Shown here in pieces: positions 1 through 11,977 of a stretch of 64,000 bases of DNA; positions within the stretch are counted from its first letter, which is position 1; each line of letters opens with the position of its first letter. The position numbers and the translations under genes are program-made. This DNA comes from Cyanophora paradoxa CCMP329 (taxonomy: Eukaryota > Plantae > Glaucophyta), in the NCBI GenBank assembly GCA_004431415.1, contig QPMI01000621.1, positions 1-64,000 of the forward strand. The letters run 5' to 3'. The notes beneath the pieces are model-generated. The model searched no databases. It saw only the letters and a program-made list of their open reading frames with translations, and was not told the DNA's origin.

Positions 1-839
1 GCGAGCAGAGGCCGCTGTACTCGTACCCCCGCAGCGCGATCAGGTCCATCCTGGGGGGGGGGGGGGTGAGCCGTCGGGTCTGGGGGGGGGGGGGCGGGCG
101 GGGAGGGGGTACCAGCACGCGGCGATGCAGAGGACGCCGGCAGAGACGACCTGAGGCGGGGCGCGCGCCGGCTTACTTTCGAAAGGGCGGGCGGCGGGCG
201 GGCGGCCGCGCAGGGCGCGGGCGCGGGCGCGCGGACCTGCCAGGAGTGGCGGAGGGCGTGGGAGCCTCGCATGCAGTACAGGAATCCCGCCGAGGCGCCC
301 GTCAGGACGCACATCAGCCCGTTGGAGGCCAGCGCGAGACGGTACCTGCGCCGGGCGCGGCGCGGCGCGGCTCGGGCGCGGCGTCTGGAGGGGCGGCGGC
401 GCGCGGCGGGGGCGGCCGCGGGCGCACGAGAAGCCGTTCGGGACGAATACGGGCCACAGAAAGACGAGCCCCGCGAACCCGAGGCACCTGCGGGGCGGGC
501 GGCTTGCAATCGGCGCGGGCCCGGGGATCGGATTCGATCGCGGCCCGGCGCGCACCACATGACGGAGAGGAAGACGTAACGGAGGAACATGGCGTCGCGC
601 AGGCTCTCCCAGTACGCCTCCTCCACGGCCGCGTCGGCGAAGCGGATGCTCGACCAGGTGCGCCGCAGCGCGTACTCGCCCTCCTCCAGCACCTCGGCCT
701 GCCGGATCTCCGAGGCGAGGCGCGCGAGGCCGCTCGGCTCCTGCACCGGCGTCCCCGAGTCGCTCGAGTGGAGGGACGCCGACGAGGGCCGCCGCTTCCC
801 GCGGTCGAGCGGGGGCTGCAGCAGCGTCCCGCCCGACAT
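1..839 (-). CDS. 5' part of a spliced multi-pass membrane protein gene (N-terminus resembles that of membrane adenylyl cyclase/PDE-type proteins); runs off the window
   Basis: ATG at 839; exon 1 reads MSGGTLLQPP...RRTWSSIRFADAAVEEAYWESLRDAMFLRYVFLSVMW, followed by GT-AG introns and hydrophobic exons (CLGFAGLVFLWPVFV; LALASNGLMCVLTGASAGFLY; VVSAGVLCIAACW). No catalytic domain in the window. Confidence 0.55.
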   Translation of the reverse strand, partial: MSGGTLLQPPLDRGKRRPSSASLHSSDSGTPVQEPSGLARLASEIRQAEVLEEGEYALRRTWSSIRFADAAVEEAYWESLRDAMFLRYVFLSVMWCAPGRDRIRSPGPRRLQAARPAGASGSRGSSFCGPYSSRTASRAPAAAPAARRRPSRRRARAAPRRARRRYRLALASNGLMCVLTGASAGFLYCMRGSHALRHSWQVRAPAPAPCAAARPPPALSKVSRRAPRLRSSLPASSASPRAGTPSPPAPPPPDPTAHPPPPQDGPDRAAGVRVQRPLL

Positions 840-1932
840 GGCTGCCGGCCGTTCCCCGCGGCGCGCTTCGGGGGCTTCCGAGCGCATCGTGGTGCTTTCA
901 ACGGCCTCGTCAATAACGGGGGCTCGCCGGGCAGCGCGCAGGGCTGCCCTCGGCGGTCTGCGGGCCGTGCGCAGTGCTCAACTGCCGAGCGCGCGGGTCG
1001 ACGGATCCGGAAGCGACAGGCGCCTTTCCTGAACCCTCCAGATTGCTGGGAATCGCGCTTCGAGGCTCGCGAACGCGGCGCTGGGGTCGGCAGGCCCTGA
1101 GGGCTGGATCGGCCGGGCTCTTCGGTGCGGGAGCCCGGAAATTGGGCTGGATTGCAGCGACGGCCTCGCTGGAACCGGGCGCCCGGCGCTCGCGCTCGCC
1201 CGACCCTCACGGGTCTTGCTCCGCTTTGCGAACGGCGCAGCAGGTTGCGGGGGGTACGCCGTACGCTTCGATTGAATTCTTGAACTCGGCGGGGCCCTCG
1301 CGATCGAGTCCAAACGCCTACCCGCGAAGTCCAGCTGGCAAGCGACGACTGGCGCCCTAGTGGGGCCACTGCGTTCGCAGCTACGGTAGCCGGGGCCGCT
1401 GACCGCTACCCCGGCCGCGGTCACTGAGTCACCCGGGTAGGCTGTGGCTTGATCAAGCTTCATGCACAGTGAAGCAGCACTAGTCGCGTGACTCGCGTCG
1501 CGTAGCGCGCGTTGGCGTCGCCGATTGCGAAGCACTAGTACCGCGCTACGTATACGTATACAAGCCTACAACTACGACCTATCGCGCGAGAGACGGCGAG
1601 AGTGCGTGCTACCTACTAGTAAGGTATAGCTAACTTAGTAAAGCTAGCGCTACCGTAGTACGAGACCTGCAGCTGGCCCAGTGGTTCTAGCAGCTCCAGC
1701 GCATCACAAGAAGCCGCTCTTCAGGGAGCAGATCCGGCGTTGGGGCCGCATGCATACGGCGCGGCGGCGCCACCAGACCGGCAGTACGTATACGTACATG
1801 TGCGACGTCGACATGAAAGCGCATGCGATTATCGTCGATTCGAATTCATCGACCGTCGGACGCCCAACGGTCGACGTCGGACGCACATTTGCATCTGCCA
1901 TATATATGCATGCGCTGCGTGATGCGCATGAT

Positions 1933-1975
1933 GCGCGGCGCGGCGCGGCGCGGCGCGGCGCGGCGCGGCGCGGCG
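1933..1975. repeat. (CGCGG)n pentanucleotide microsatellite
   Basis: About 8 perfect units read directly. Confidence 0.85.
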
Positions 1976-2336
1976 TGGCCGCCGGATCCGGAGCGCGGGA
2001 CGCATGCGCTGCAGATCTAGATGCGCAGCCCCCGAATATCCATGCGCGTGCGCATTGCGCATGCCGCAGTGCAGCCTGGCAGTGCTCGCGCGCGGCTGTG
2101 GTCGCGCCGGCCGCCGGGGCGCTCGAGCTCGAGCTCGCATTCTAAGTGCACGCCGGCGCCGCGGCGCGCGGCAGGTGCAGCAGCACTGCAGCTTGCAGCC
2201 TGGCAGCTGCGCATGCAGCGCTAGCTAGCGCTTGATCTATATCCCTCCTTTAAATTTAATTTCTCTCCACGACCGATCGATATATATATCGATATCGCGA
2301 TCGATCTACCAGTATAGCTAGATCATCGGATTTACT

Positions 2337-2480
2337 GCACTGCGGGGGCTGCCCAGGGGGCATATACAACAAAGAGAACGACTGAAATAAGAAAACCAAG
2401 GCAAGAGCACTAAAAGCAACAAGACAAAGAGCCAAAATCGACAGCAGAGGACCGGAAGAGAGTCCGAGAAGAGACGACGG
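2337..2480 (-). mobile_element. Diverged copy of the dispersed repeat (retroposon 3' end) also at 49135 and 56121
   Basis: Shares GCACTGCGGGGGCTGCCCAGGGGGCATA with both other copies, and AAGACAAAGAGCCAAAATCGACA with the 56.2 kb copy. Confidence 0.65.
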
Positions 2481-2811
2481 AAGAGAAAATCCGAGACGGA
2501 GATCGACGTCGACGGATCTCCTTGCAATTGTAGCTCTTAAAATTAATTGATTCTCCGGTTCCCAGCGCTAGCGCCGGCGCTGATCATGATCACGCGTATA
2601 TATATATATGAGCTCGAGCTATAGCTAATTCCCCTGCGCATGCCCCTCGAGCTCCGGCCGATATCCGGTCCCCTCCCCGAATTCAAATTAAACGTGAATT
2701 AAACGTATATACGTCGCCCTAGTCTCTTCGCTAGTCGACGTCGGATCTAGATCTAGATCGATATCTGCCGCCGCGCATGCAATATTAATCGCTAGGTTTG
2801 CGATATCGATC

Positions 2812-5800
2812 GATGGAAGAGCACCTCGCCGCGTCAGGTGCGCTTTGATTTAAATTCAACGCGTTCGCCACGCCACGCGAGCTGAGCGCTCGAGCTCGCT
2901 GCACCACAGATAATCTCTTGCTGCGGATTACGGATAAAGAGGCGGCAATCAGCGGGACAATGAGCGCTTTGCGGGGTTTCGCCTCGGCGCGGAGCATGCG
3001 CAGCTCGAGGTCGTACGCGTGGTCGTCCTCGAAGCGGCCCGAAGCGGTGAGAATTGCTGATCATGAGAATTCGAATGAGAAGTGAGAATGAAATCGCGAT
3101 CGATTCGTGGATTCATTCTTCTCGTGCATGCATATGCGCAGAGTGCACGTGCAATAGCAAGCGAGAACGAAGCGGCTTCGGGCGGCGGCGGCGGCGACGT
3201 CGACGACGATGTCGACGTCAGTACCGCGATCGCGCGACTGGCTGAGAAATTTGGCGATCGCGTCGAGCGGCTGCACCTCTCGGTCCGCTTCGAAGACTTC
3301 ATGATCAACGGCGGTGCTGTCTATGGCCGTGGCCGCGGCCGCGCGGACGTCATCACTGACGTCATCCGCGGCTTTCCGAACCTCACGCACCTTCGGCTTT
3401 CCCTCGCTGGCCATGGCATGCACACTGGAGACCCGCGGCCGCCTCCGGATCCGCCGCTCCGCCCTTCGCTCTCGCTCTCGCTGCAGCTGCAGCTGCCCGG
3501 CCTGCGCCACCTCGAGCTCGACCTCTCCGGCCTGGGCGTTCCCCTTGCGGCCCTCCGCACCCTCTTGGGATCCTGCTCGGCCTCCCTCGAGCGCCTCTTC
3601 CTCAGGTGGCGGCCTGGCCTTCAATTTATCGATTTCCGCTTCTAATCCCTTCCCATCCGTCTCTCTCGTTTATGCTAATCTTTTCGCCTCTTTCGGACCT
3701 GTATCGGTAGGGGGACGCGCATCTGCACGGACGACGGGGCCGATCGCGAGCCTCTGCCGGATTCGATCGTCCGCGCCCTCGAGCTCGCTATCGACGGTCT
3801 CGAGTGAGTGATAAATTAAACCTGCTTTACAACGAGATGCACACCCTAGGCTCTTATTACAGTTATAGCTATAGTCTGGATCTGAATTCAAGCATGTCAC
3901 GGCTCATTAAAACATATCCCGTCGAATTCGCCCCGGCCGCGGGCCGCAGACTCCCCCGCCTGCAAAGCCTCGACCTCTCCTTCACGGGCGCCCGCGACGA
4001 CGTCGACGTCGACCTCGGCGGCCTTCGGCGCCTGGTCGCCCGCCTCCCCGCGCTCCGATCTCTCTACACCGTGCGCATGCGCTCGATCGCGAGCCGCGCC
4101 CGTCGACGTCCCGCCCTTTGCCAGGCTCGCTTAAGCTTCCCGTGATCGGTGATTGATCATGATCGTGCACGACCTGCAGCTCGATCACCGCGAAATAAGT
4201 GATCGGGAGCGCCTGGATCTCGAGCGGCTCGCGGATCCGGATCCAGAAAATACTCGCCGCCGTCGGGGCCGCGGCCGCGGCCGCCGCCGCCCGAGCTGCC
4301 TCGTCATTTGCAGGACCCTCGTGCGCAGTCGCCTTATAAAAATTAGGCTCGAGGTCGAGGTCGTGATATCTAGTTCTAGTCAACTCTAGTTAACTCCTTT
4401 AATTTAAGCATATGGTCGCCATCGATATCGCAGGCTGACATGGATGCGGCGGCGCTGCGGGGTCTCCGGGGGCATTTCGACGGGGCGGATCTCCTGGACG
4501 CACCCCGCCTTGCCCTCCCCTCCTTTTTCAAAGGTTGGCACTCAATTTATGTCTGATCGTGCTATAAACTCGTCGGGTCGTCCTGGTTGGCTGAGGCAAT
4601 TGCAATGCGCGCACAGCGCTCTCCGAAGGACGGCGGGGGCTCGAGGTCGCGCGGCGGCTCGTGGACGGGCTGGGCGTCTCGCCACTCGCACACCTTGGCC
4701 TCCAAACTCCGATCAGCCCATGGGTAAATGCTCTCGAGCCCCTTGCAGTTGCTTTGATATTACTAAATACTCGGAAGGCCCCCCCGTATTTTCGCGATTC
4801 GTATACGTACAGCGGCTTGCTCGCCGGGCTGCTGAGGCCGCTGGGACTGCCGCCGGATTTCGAATCGGAACTGGACGTCGCGATCGATCGCGATCGCGAT
4901 TGCCTCACGGCTATGCATGTCCTCGTGATTCACGCTGGCTTCTTCGACTTCCCTGTGGCGTGGAACGTGAGCGTCGATCCTTAAAGCTTTCCGGTCCCGT
5001 AAATTAATATTGCAAGTGCCCGGCCGACTTTTCGTTGCAGATGATCGAGGAGTGGAAACTGGAGCCCCTCGTCAACGTGGGGCTGCGCGCGGGCGACCGA
5101 ATTCGGAGCACGCCCCTCCACCTCGCCGTCGAGCACTCGCCTGGGCTGGTCAGGGCCCTGTTGCAAATCGGCGCAGACCCGTTCGGAAGGGTGCGCCGGC
5201 CCCCAAACGCCTAATTTGATTTAATATATAAATAGCTAAAGAAATCTAGATCTGCGCCATTCACACCATCCGAGCCATCTATGGGCTTCTCGAGCTCTCT
5301 CACACAATCTACAGGACGCGACGGGGGCCACCGCTCTTCACGTCGCCTGCGCGCTGGGGCGGTTGGACGCGGCCCAGGCGCTGCTGGAGGCGGCGAGCCG
5401 CGCGGGGCTGGCCAGGGATCTGGTCTCCGTGGCGGACAGCGCGGCCCGCACTCCGCTGCACATCGCCGTCGACAGCTTGCCCGGATTGGTCGTGGCCCTC
5501 CTCAAGGCCGGCGCGAACCCGACCTGCAAGGTTCGAGCTCGCTTATATATATATATATATCACTGCGCATGCGGATTTCATATGCATGATATCGCCGGCG
5601 CCCGACAGGACGGTACGGGGTCCAACGCGCTGCAAATTGCTTGGCGCCTCAAGCGGGCAGAGGCGGAGGAGGCGCTGCTTGCCAAGGCGGTCAGCGCAGG
5701 GCTGGACTCCGGATCCGGATCCGGATCCGGATCCTCCTCCGAGTCCGAGTCCGGATTTGGGTCCGGATCCTCCTCGAGCTCCGGATCTGAATCTTCTTTT

Positions 5801-8298
5801 GGACTTGTGTACGGAGAGGGCGGAGATCCCGCCTTGCTTCTCGACGCCATATGCATTGAGGAGCCGCCCGTAAACAGCGAGCTTGTGGCGGCCCTGGTGG
5901 AGGCTGGCGTCGACCCGCTCCTCCAGGTTCGCCACAATACTAATATTACTGCGCGCCTAGGCCAAGGCATACGGCGGCTAACGCGATCGCCTCCGTCGAC
6001 AGGATGAAAGGGGCGACACGGCGCTGCACATTGCTTGCAGGCAAGGGGAAGTGAATGCGGCGCGGGCGCTGCTGGAGGCGGTGGAACGCGTGCACGAGGG
6101 GCCGGCCAGCATCAGTTGCAAGGACCTGCTCTCCGCGACGGATAGCGAGGGCCGCACCCCGCTTCGCGTCGTCGTCGACGACCGATATCGCGATCGACTC
6201 TGGCAATCATCAAACCACCTCAAGGATCTTGTGGCGACCCTTCTGGAGGCTGGCGCCGACCTCTTTTGCAAGGTTCGTCCCTTAATTTCTGAATTTTGCA
6301 TGCGCACGCGCCGATCGCGAGTGATCGTGAGCTCATAAATCAAACCGATCGCACCGCTAACGTCTATTAACAGGACGCCAAAGGGGCCACTGCGCTGCAC
6401 GTCGCCTGCACGCTTGGACGGGCGGACGCGGCTCAGGCGCTGCTGGAGGCGGCGACGCGCGCGGGGTCGGCGATGGACCTCCTCTCTGTGAGAGACGAAT
6501 CAGACGAAGCGGGCCGCACCCCACTGCAGCTTTTATTCGGCACAATCGGAATTTATGATGATGATAACTACGAATCTTCGAGCTCGACCAGCGCGAGCTC
6601 GAGCCCGTCGCCCAGCCCTGCGGCTGGCCATGGCCCATCCCATCTTCAGCCCGCGGCTTTCGCTGTCATAGACCCCGAGCCAGAGCCCAAACCAGAGCCC
6701 GCACCTGCAACCTCTCCCCATGGCCAGCCTGCAGCCGCAGCTGTTCATGTGGCCGTCGACGTCGACGTTGACGCTGCAGCTGGTGACATTGAGTTCGACT
6801 GCGAGCGCTTCGATCAGCAGCACCTGCTTCAGCGGGAGCGGGATTGGGCAGTCTATGGCGCCGTGGAGGAGGAGCTGAACCGAGAGCAGCGAGAGCGGGA
6901 CGACAAGGCGGAGCAAATGGCGCTCGACGGCATGCAAGCCGAGGATCAGGAGCACGAGCAGAAGCAGATTGAGGAGCAGGAGGAGGCAGTGCGAGCGGAG
7001 CAGGAGGAGCAGAAATGGATGTTCTATAACGGCGTGGACCAGAAGCTCAATCGGGAGCAATGGGAGCGGGACGAGGCGGAGCAAATGGCGTGTGACGGCG
7101 TGCGAGCGGAGGACCAGGCGGAGCAGGAGAAGGAGGAGGAAGAGCACGAGGCGGCAGTGCAACTGCAAGCGGAGCAGGAGGAGCGGAAATGGAGTTTTTA
7201 TGGCGGCGTGGACCAGAAGCTCAATCGGGAGCAATGGGAGCGGGACGTGGCAGAGCAAATGGCGCTCGACGGCATGCAAGCCGAGGATCAGGAGCACGAG
7301 CAGAAACAGATTGAGGAGCAGGAGGAGGTAGTGCGAGCGGAGCAGGAGGAGCAGAAATGGATGTTCTATAACGGCGTGGACCAGAAGCTCAATCGGGAGC
7401 AATGGGAGCGGGACGAGGCGGAGCAAATGGCGTGTGACGGCGTGCGAGCGGAGGACCAGGCGCAGGAGGAGAAGGAGGAGGAAGAGCAAGAGGAGGCAGT
7501 GCGAGCGGAACAGGAGGAGCAGAAATGGATCGCATTTGAGGAAGCTCGTGCATGCGCAGCTGCACAGGCCGATAATGATCATGAGGAGCATTATTTCGAT
7601 GTCTGCGACGATCATGAATATGAGCTGACCCAGAGGCGCATGCGCATCGGCCGGTCGCGCATCGCTGTCCGCGTTATGGGTGCGCATCAAAATTCAAAAT
7701 TATAATTAAGATAAGCTGGCCCGCTGGCCACTCGTTATAATTACAGCGAGACCGAAGCCATTGCAATGCTGACTTCCACCTTGTGCGCAGAGTCGCTCCA
7801 GCTCGATGGCGCGCAGCTGGAAGCCCTGGGCGTGCGCCCGGCGTTCCTGGAAGAGGCCGTCTGGGGCGGGGAGGGCGACGAGCCCCTGCTCCACTTCGCG
7901 GCCCGCAAGGCCACCCCCGCGGCCGTCCGGGCCCTCCTCCGCGCCGGCGCCGACCCCTGCCTCGAGGTCCGCTCGCTTCCAATTCAGTTCTATTTCGATC
8001 TATGATTACTAGCGTCTCGTCGAATTCGCTTTAATTTATAATCACGATTCTCGTGCAGGATGAGGGGGGCTTTGCTGCTCTCAAAATCATCACGGACATG
8101 GAGCGCAATTACGAGGCGCACTATTCGAGCGCGGGGCCGTACGCGAGCGAGATGCAGCGCGCGGCGGACGTGGAAGGGGTTATTCTCGCCTTCGCGGAGG
8201 AGAGAGGCATCCCCGTGAATCGCCTCTACGGCTCGAAATCGGGCCGACGGCCGGCGAAACGGGCCAGGGTCCGCGGCCCCGCGGATCCGGACAGCTAG
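2812..8298 (+). CDS. Spliced LRR (RNI-like) + ankyrin-repeat protein with an acidic tandem-repeat insert (could be two genes)
   Basis: LRR-like exons (FPNLTHLRLS, LPGLRHLELDLSG, LPRLQSLDLSFT). Ankyrin exons (STPLHLAVE..GADPF; DATGATALHVAC; RTPLHIAV..GANPT; DERGDTALHIAC; EPLLHFAARK..GADPC) joined by GT-AG introns. Stop at 8296-8298; start uncertain. Confidence 0.75.
6845..7530 (+). repeat. Coding tandem repeat, 4 units of about 170 nt (56-58 aa) in ABAB order
   Basis: Unit W..Y..V.Q.LNREQWERD.AEQMA.DG..AEDQ..EQ...AEQEEQK; units 1/3 and 2/4 are nearly identical at DNA level. Confidence 0.9.
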
Positions 8299-8789
8299 CT
8301 ATAGACGCTGACTCGCGTTAGCCGGACCGGGATCCGGAATTTGAATATTCGAACCTGCAATTACGTATACGTTGAATTTGCACCGAATTTAACCTTACCC
8401 TTATCTCGATCATGATCACGATGAAGCGAACGAAAGAAACGAGCCTGGTTTTACTTTAATGACGTCGACATCTTTTAAGCCATTTTTCGAATTCGAGCTC
8501 CAACTTGCATGTTACCATTGCTGGCACGCGCGTACGTATACGCATGCATTCGAAATCTCATGATCAGCTGCACATGTAGAAAATCACAGATCATGATCAT
8601 GATCTTATGCATTGAGATACGTTCAAATATTTAAATTTACGGGGACTCGCGATCGGCCGGCGCCGCGGGGAGCGAATTCGAACGGATGATATCGATCGTG
8701 CATAGAATTATTATCCGCGGTCACATCGCAGTCACGTGCGCGAGAGCGCATCGCAGCTGCGTTCTTAAATTAAAGCATGTCTCAGAGTC

Positions 8790-9067
8790 CGGAGGGGACC
8801 CCGCCGGGGTCTTTTGGGTACACAGGCACTCCTCTATCTACGTGACCGAGGAGTGCCACGCGTTAGGGGGCCTTTATAGGCTCCCCCCTCTGGCTGCGCC
8901 ATCGCAGTGCATTCGGCCACGTTGCCACTTTAGCGGGGTCGACGGATTACGGGGGCTCGCCCCGGCGGGCCCTATATGGCTCGAAATCCCACCGAGGGGA
9001 GTCGAACCGGGTTATCCGCACAACCGCACCGTGATTTCAACCGCTAGGCCATACGCGCCTCGAATTT
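8790..9067 (-). mobile_element. tRNA-derived SINE with 17-bp target-site duplication
   Basis: AAGCATGTCTCAGAGTC at 8773-8789 and 9068-9084. The minus strand has an A box TGGCCTAGCGGTT (9051-9039) and B box GGTTCGACTCC (9008-8998), plus internal stems such as GGCACTCCTC/GAGGAGTGCC. Confidence 0.8.
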
Positions 9068-10167
9068 AAGCATGTCTCAGAGTCTGTACAATTTAATTTA
9101 CTGGCCATGGTCATGTTCATGATCATGAAGGTTCGATATAGTCTATTTGTGACTCGCCGGACTCGCGATCGCACGATCCGATCGGCTGTAACATGATAGC
9201 AAGTGCAATTCGACGGAATGGAACGGATGAGTGCGCTTCGACGGGTCTTGGAATCTAACAGATGAGATGATGAATCTAATCTAACATATTGACTGCATCT
9301 TGAGCTGCCTGTACAGTCGACGTCTTCTAGTCATGAAGCTCTATCATGATCAGCGAATCGCAATTGCAAAACCGTTGCGAAGCCTTGCTATTAATATTGC
9401 TGTGAACTGCACAGTGAGCTGCAGTTACACAAATAATGAATAGCTGAACAAGTACGTGTACACTCCTTCCGAAACTCTGCAAAACTGCGAGAATAGTATA
9501 CTGTCAAGAATAATTCCAAGTTGTTCAGAATGGTTTCCAGACGCGCGCTGAGAAATAAATACAAACGTATACGTACACAGAAAAAGAAAAAACTGCATCT
9601 TCTACGTAGATATATATACGTATACGTACGTATACGAATACGTATACATTAATTACATCGAAAGGGGCGCGTGCATTGCGCGGGGCTCACTGAGTCAGCT
9701 GCAGGCTGCGCCTACGCATTCATGTGCTGGAGCCGCAGCTGCAGGTGCAGCCGGTGGCAGGGGCCGCCGGGGCCGGAGCCTGGGCCGGCGCCGGGGCGGG
9801 TCCCGCGGCCGCGCAATAATCGTCCTCGGCGAGGTCGAAAACGAGGAGGGACGGGGCCGAGGGGCGGGCCCGCTTTGGGGCCGGCGAGGGCGCGTCCTCG
9901 CGATCGCGAGCTCGCGACCGTGCGCTCGCGATCGCGAAATTAAAAGTGGGGACGACGGCAGAGTCCGCGGCCTCTGAGGGGCCCCCCAGGTCGCCGCCGC
10001 TGCCGGCCGCGGAGCGCCAGCGAGTGAGATAGGCCTGCGCGGACGCGGTCGACGATTAGCTCATGCCGGCTGCCCCGGGCGCGCCGCGGCGGGCCGGGCG
10101 GGGATTTTAATCCGCAGAATCTAATTATATAAATATTTGGCGCCGGCAAGAGCGAAAAATTAATTAA

Positions 10168-10860
10168 TTATATAAATAGATTTTCCGTGGGGCGGACCTC
10201 GCGCAGCATTTCGAGCTCGGTCATCGTCTGTCTGGTCAAGGCCAGGAGCAGCTGATGGCGTCCGCCGCCGCCGCCGCCGCCCGCGGCGAGCACACCGCCG
10301 GCCGGCGGCGGCGCAGGCTCGCGATCGGAGCTCACGATCAAGGCCGGAGTCAGCACATGGACGTCGACGTCGGCGCCCGCGGCCGACGTTGCGACGGCCG
10401 CAGCCGCAGCCGGTCGACGCAGCGCCAGCGCGTCGACGTCGCTCCGCTGCGCCTCCAGCCAGCGCTCCAGCCCGGCCTTCCGTGCAGATGTAGAGTCGCA
10501 GGCGCAGCTCCTTGCCTCGCCTCGAGCTCCCGCGGCAGGCGCACCGGTACCGTGGGATCTCGAGAAATCATAGGAGGGGCGCCGCGGCCGACCGCGGTCG
10601 GATGCTGTCCACATGCATGGCGCGGATTCAAAGCTTGGTGACGCCTCGAGCTCGCTCTCTGCTCTCCGAAGCGGCCGCGGGTGCGGATGCGAGCGGTCGG
10701 CCATGCAAATGCATGCGCACTGCGGCATTTCAAAGCTGCGCTTGGACTGTCAGAGAAGTCGTGTGCGACGGCGGCCGCGGGTCAATCTTCCAGGTGTAAT
10801 TATAAGCTTTGAAGGGCGACGGTCTAAAGCTGGTACGGTGCGCCGCGCGGCGGCGGCCAT
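10168..10860 (-). CDS. Possible hypothetical protein exon(s)
   Basis: 186-aa ORF with a plausible donor GAG|GTCCGC near 10197; no recognisable domain. Confidence 0.25.
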
Positions 10861-11977
10861 CGGGTGCACGTGCGGCGCGCGGCGCCGGCGCACCGGTACC
10901 TGGGGCCTTGAAGGCCCTTGAAGCGCGCGCGGTAGTACGAGACTAGTAGTACGAGTACTCGAGCTCGCTCCACTGCAGGGCCTAAGCCTAGCCTGCGCGC
11001 CGTGATTACGCAATCGCCGCAAGCGGCCTGCAGCTGCGCATGCAGTCTGCAGCTGGCAGCTGATGCGATGAGCTGATGCGTCCGGCCCGCGCGCGCAATT
11101 CGAAGAACGTTAATCGAGCAGCTTCGAGCTCGAGTCTAGATCTGCGCTGCTGATCATGACTCATGAGTCTGCGCAGCCGCTGAGCCCCGCCGCTCCGCGC
11201 GCGCGGCGCGCGAAAACGTAACTTAACGCCGCCGCCTCCTGGCCGAGGGCCGCCGAGTCGGCGCCGACTCTTCGCGCCGAGCCTCGGACCGGACTCACCG
11301 GAGCCCCGGCCCCGGTCCGAACTTGACTCCGAAGGCCTGCTGCAGCCTGCACTGGCCCTGCAGGCTGCAGCCTGCAGGCTGCAGCTGCGAGCCTGCGACT
11401 CGCTGCGAGGGCCGCCAGTGCCGCCACTGGCCCGCCAGGCGGCGCCAGCCGACTCTGAGCCGACTCAGCCGAGCCGCCGAGGCCCTATCACGTCGACGTC
11501 GAGTCGATATTCTAGATCCTAGGCGGCCAGCCGAACGAATCTTTTTTCTTTTCAACCCGTCAGCTGCAAGTAATCGTGTACCCGGGCTTAAACCGGCCGG
11601 CCCCTAGGCCTGGCTTGTGCCGCTCTAGCGCTAGCGACGTTAGCGACGTTCAACGGTTGACGGCGATCGACGCACGACTCACGATGCGGCAGCTTTCTCT
11701 TCTCCTTTCTGAACCCCCCTCCCGCGTTGATTATCTGTACCCCCAGCTATACCCCCTGCAATTATCTGTACCCCCAGCTGGCGCAGCTCAGCGCAGCTAT
11801 AGCTGCCGCATGCAGCAACTGTAGCAGCTCAGCTCGAGCAATAGCTCGCCAACTGATCATGAAATAGCCGTGCGATCGCGAGAGCAACCGGGGCATGACC
11901 CTAGACCTACCTCAGCCTTCAGCAGTCCCGCAGATGCTCCGGGATCTAGCCCTAGCAGATCTGCTGGTCGCACATCG

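Noticed and set aside
2337-2365. CACTG terminus suggesting a CACTA/Transib transposon end
   Set aside because: No inverted partner found; other copies extend beyond it to an A-tail with TSD, favouring a retroposon.
6533-7690. 385-aa Leu-rich minus-strand ORF
   Set aside because: Antisense reading of the GAG/CAG-rich acidic repeat exon.
8880-8960. HDV-like ribozyme in the SINE body
   Set aside because: Only a superficial GGCAAC..CGAATG resemblance; the required nested pseudoknot pairings could not be built.
8998-9060. Possible tRNA gene
   Set aside because: A and B boxes are present but I could not form an acceptor stem or cloverleaf; it sits within a TSD-flanked insertion, so it was called a SINE.
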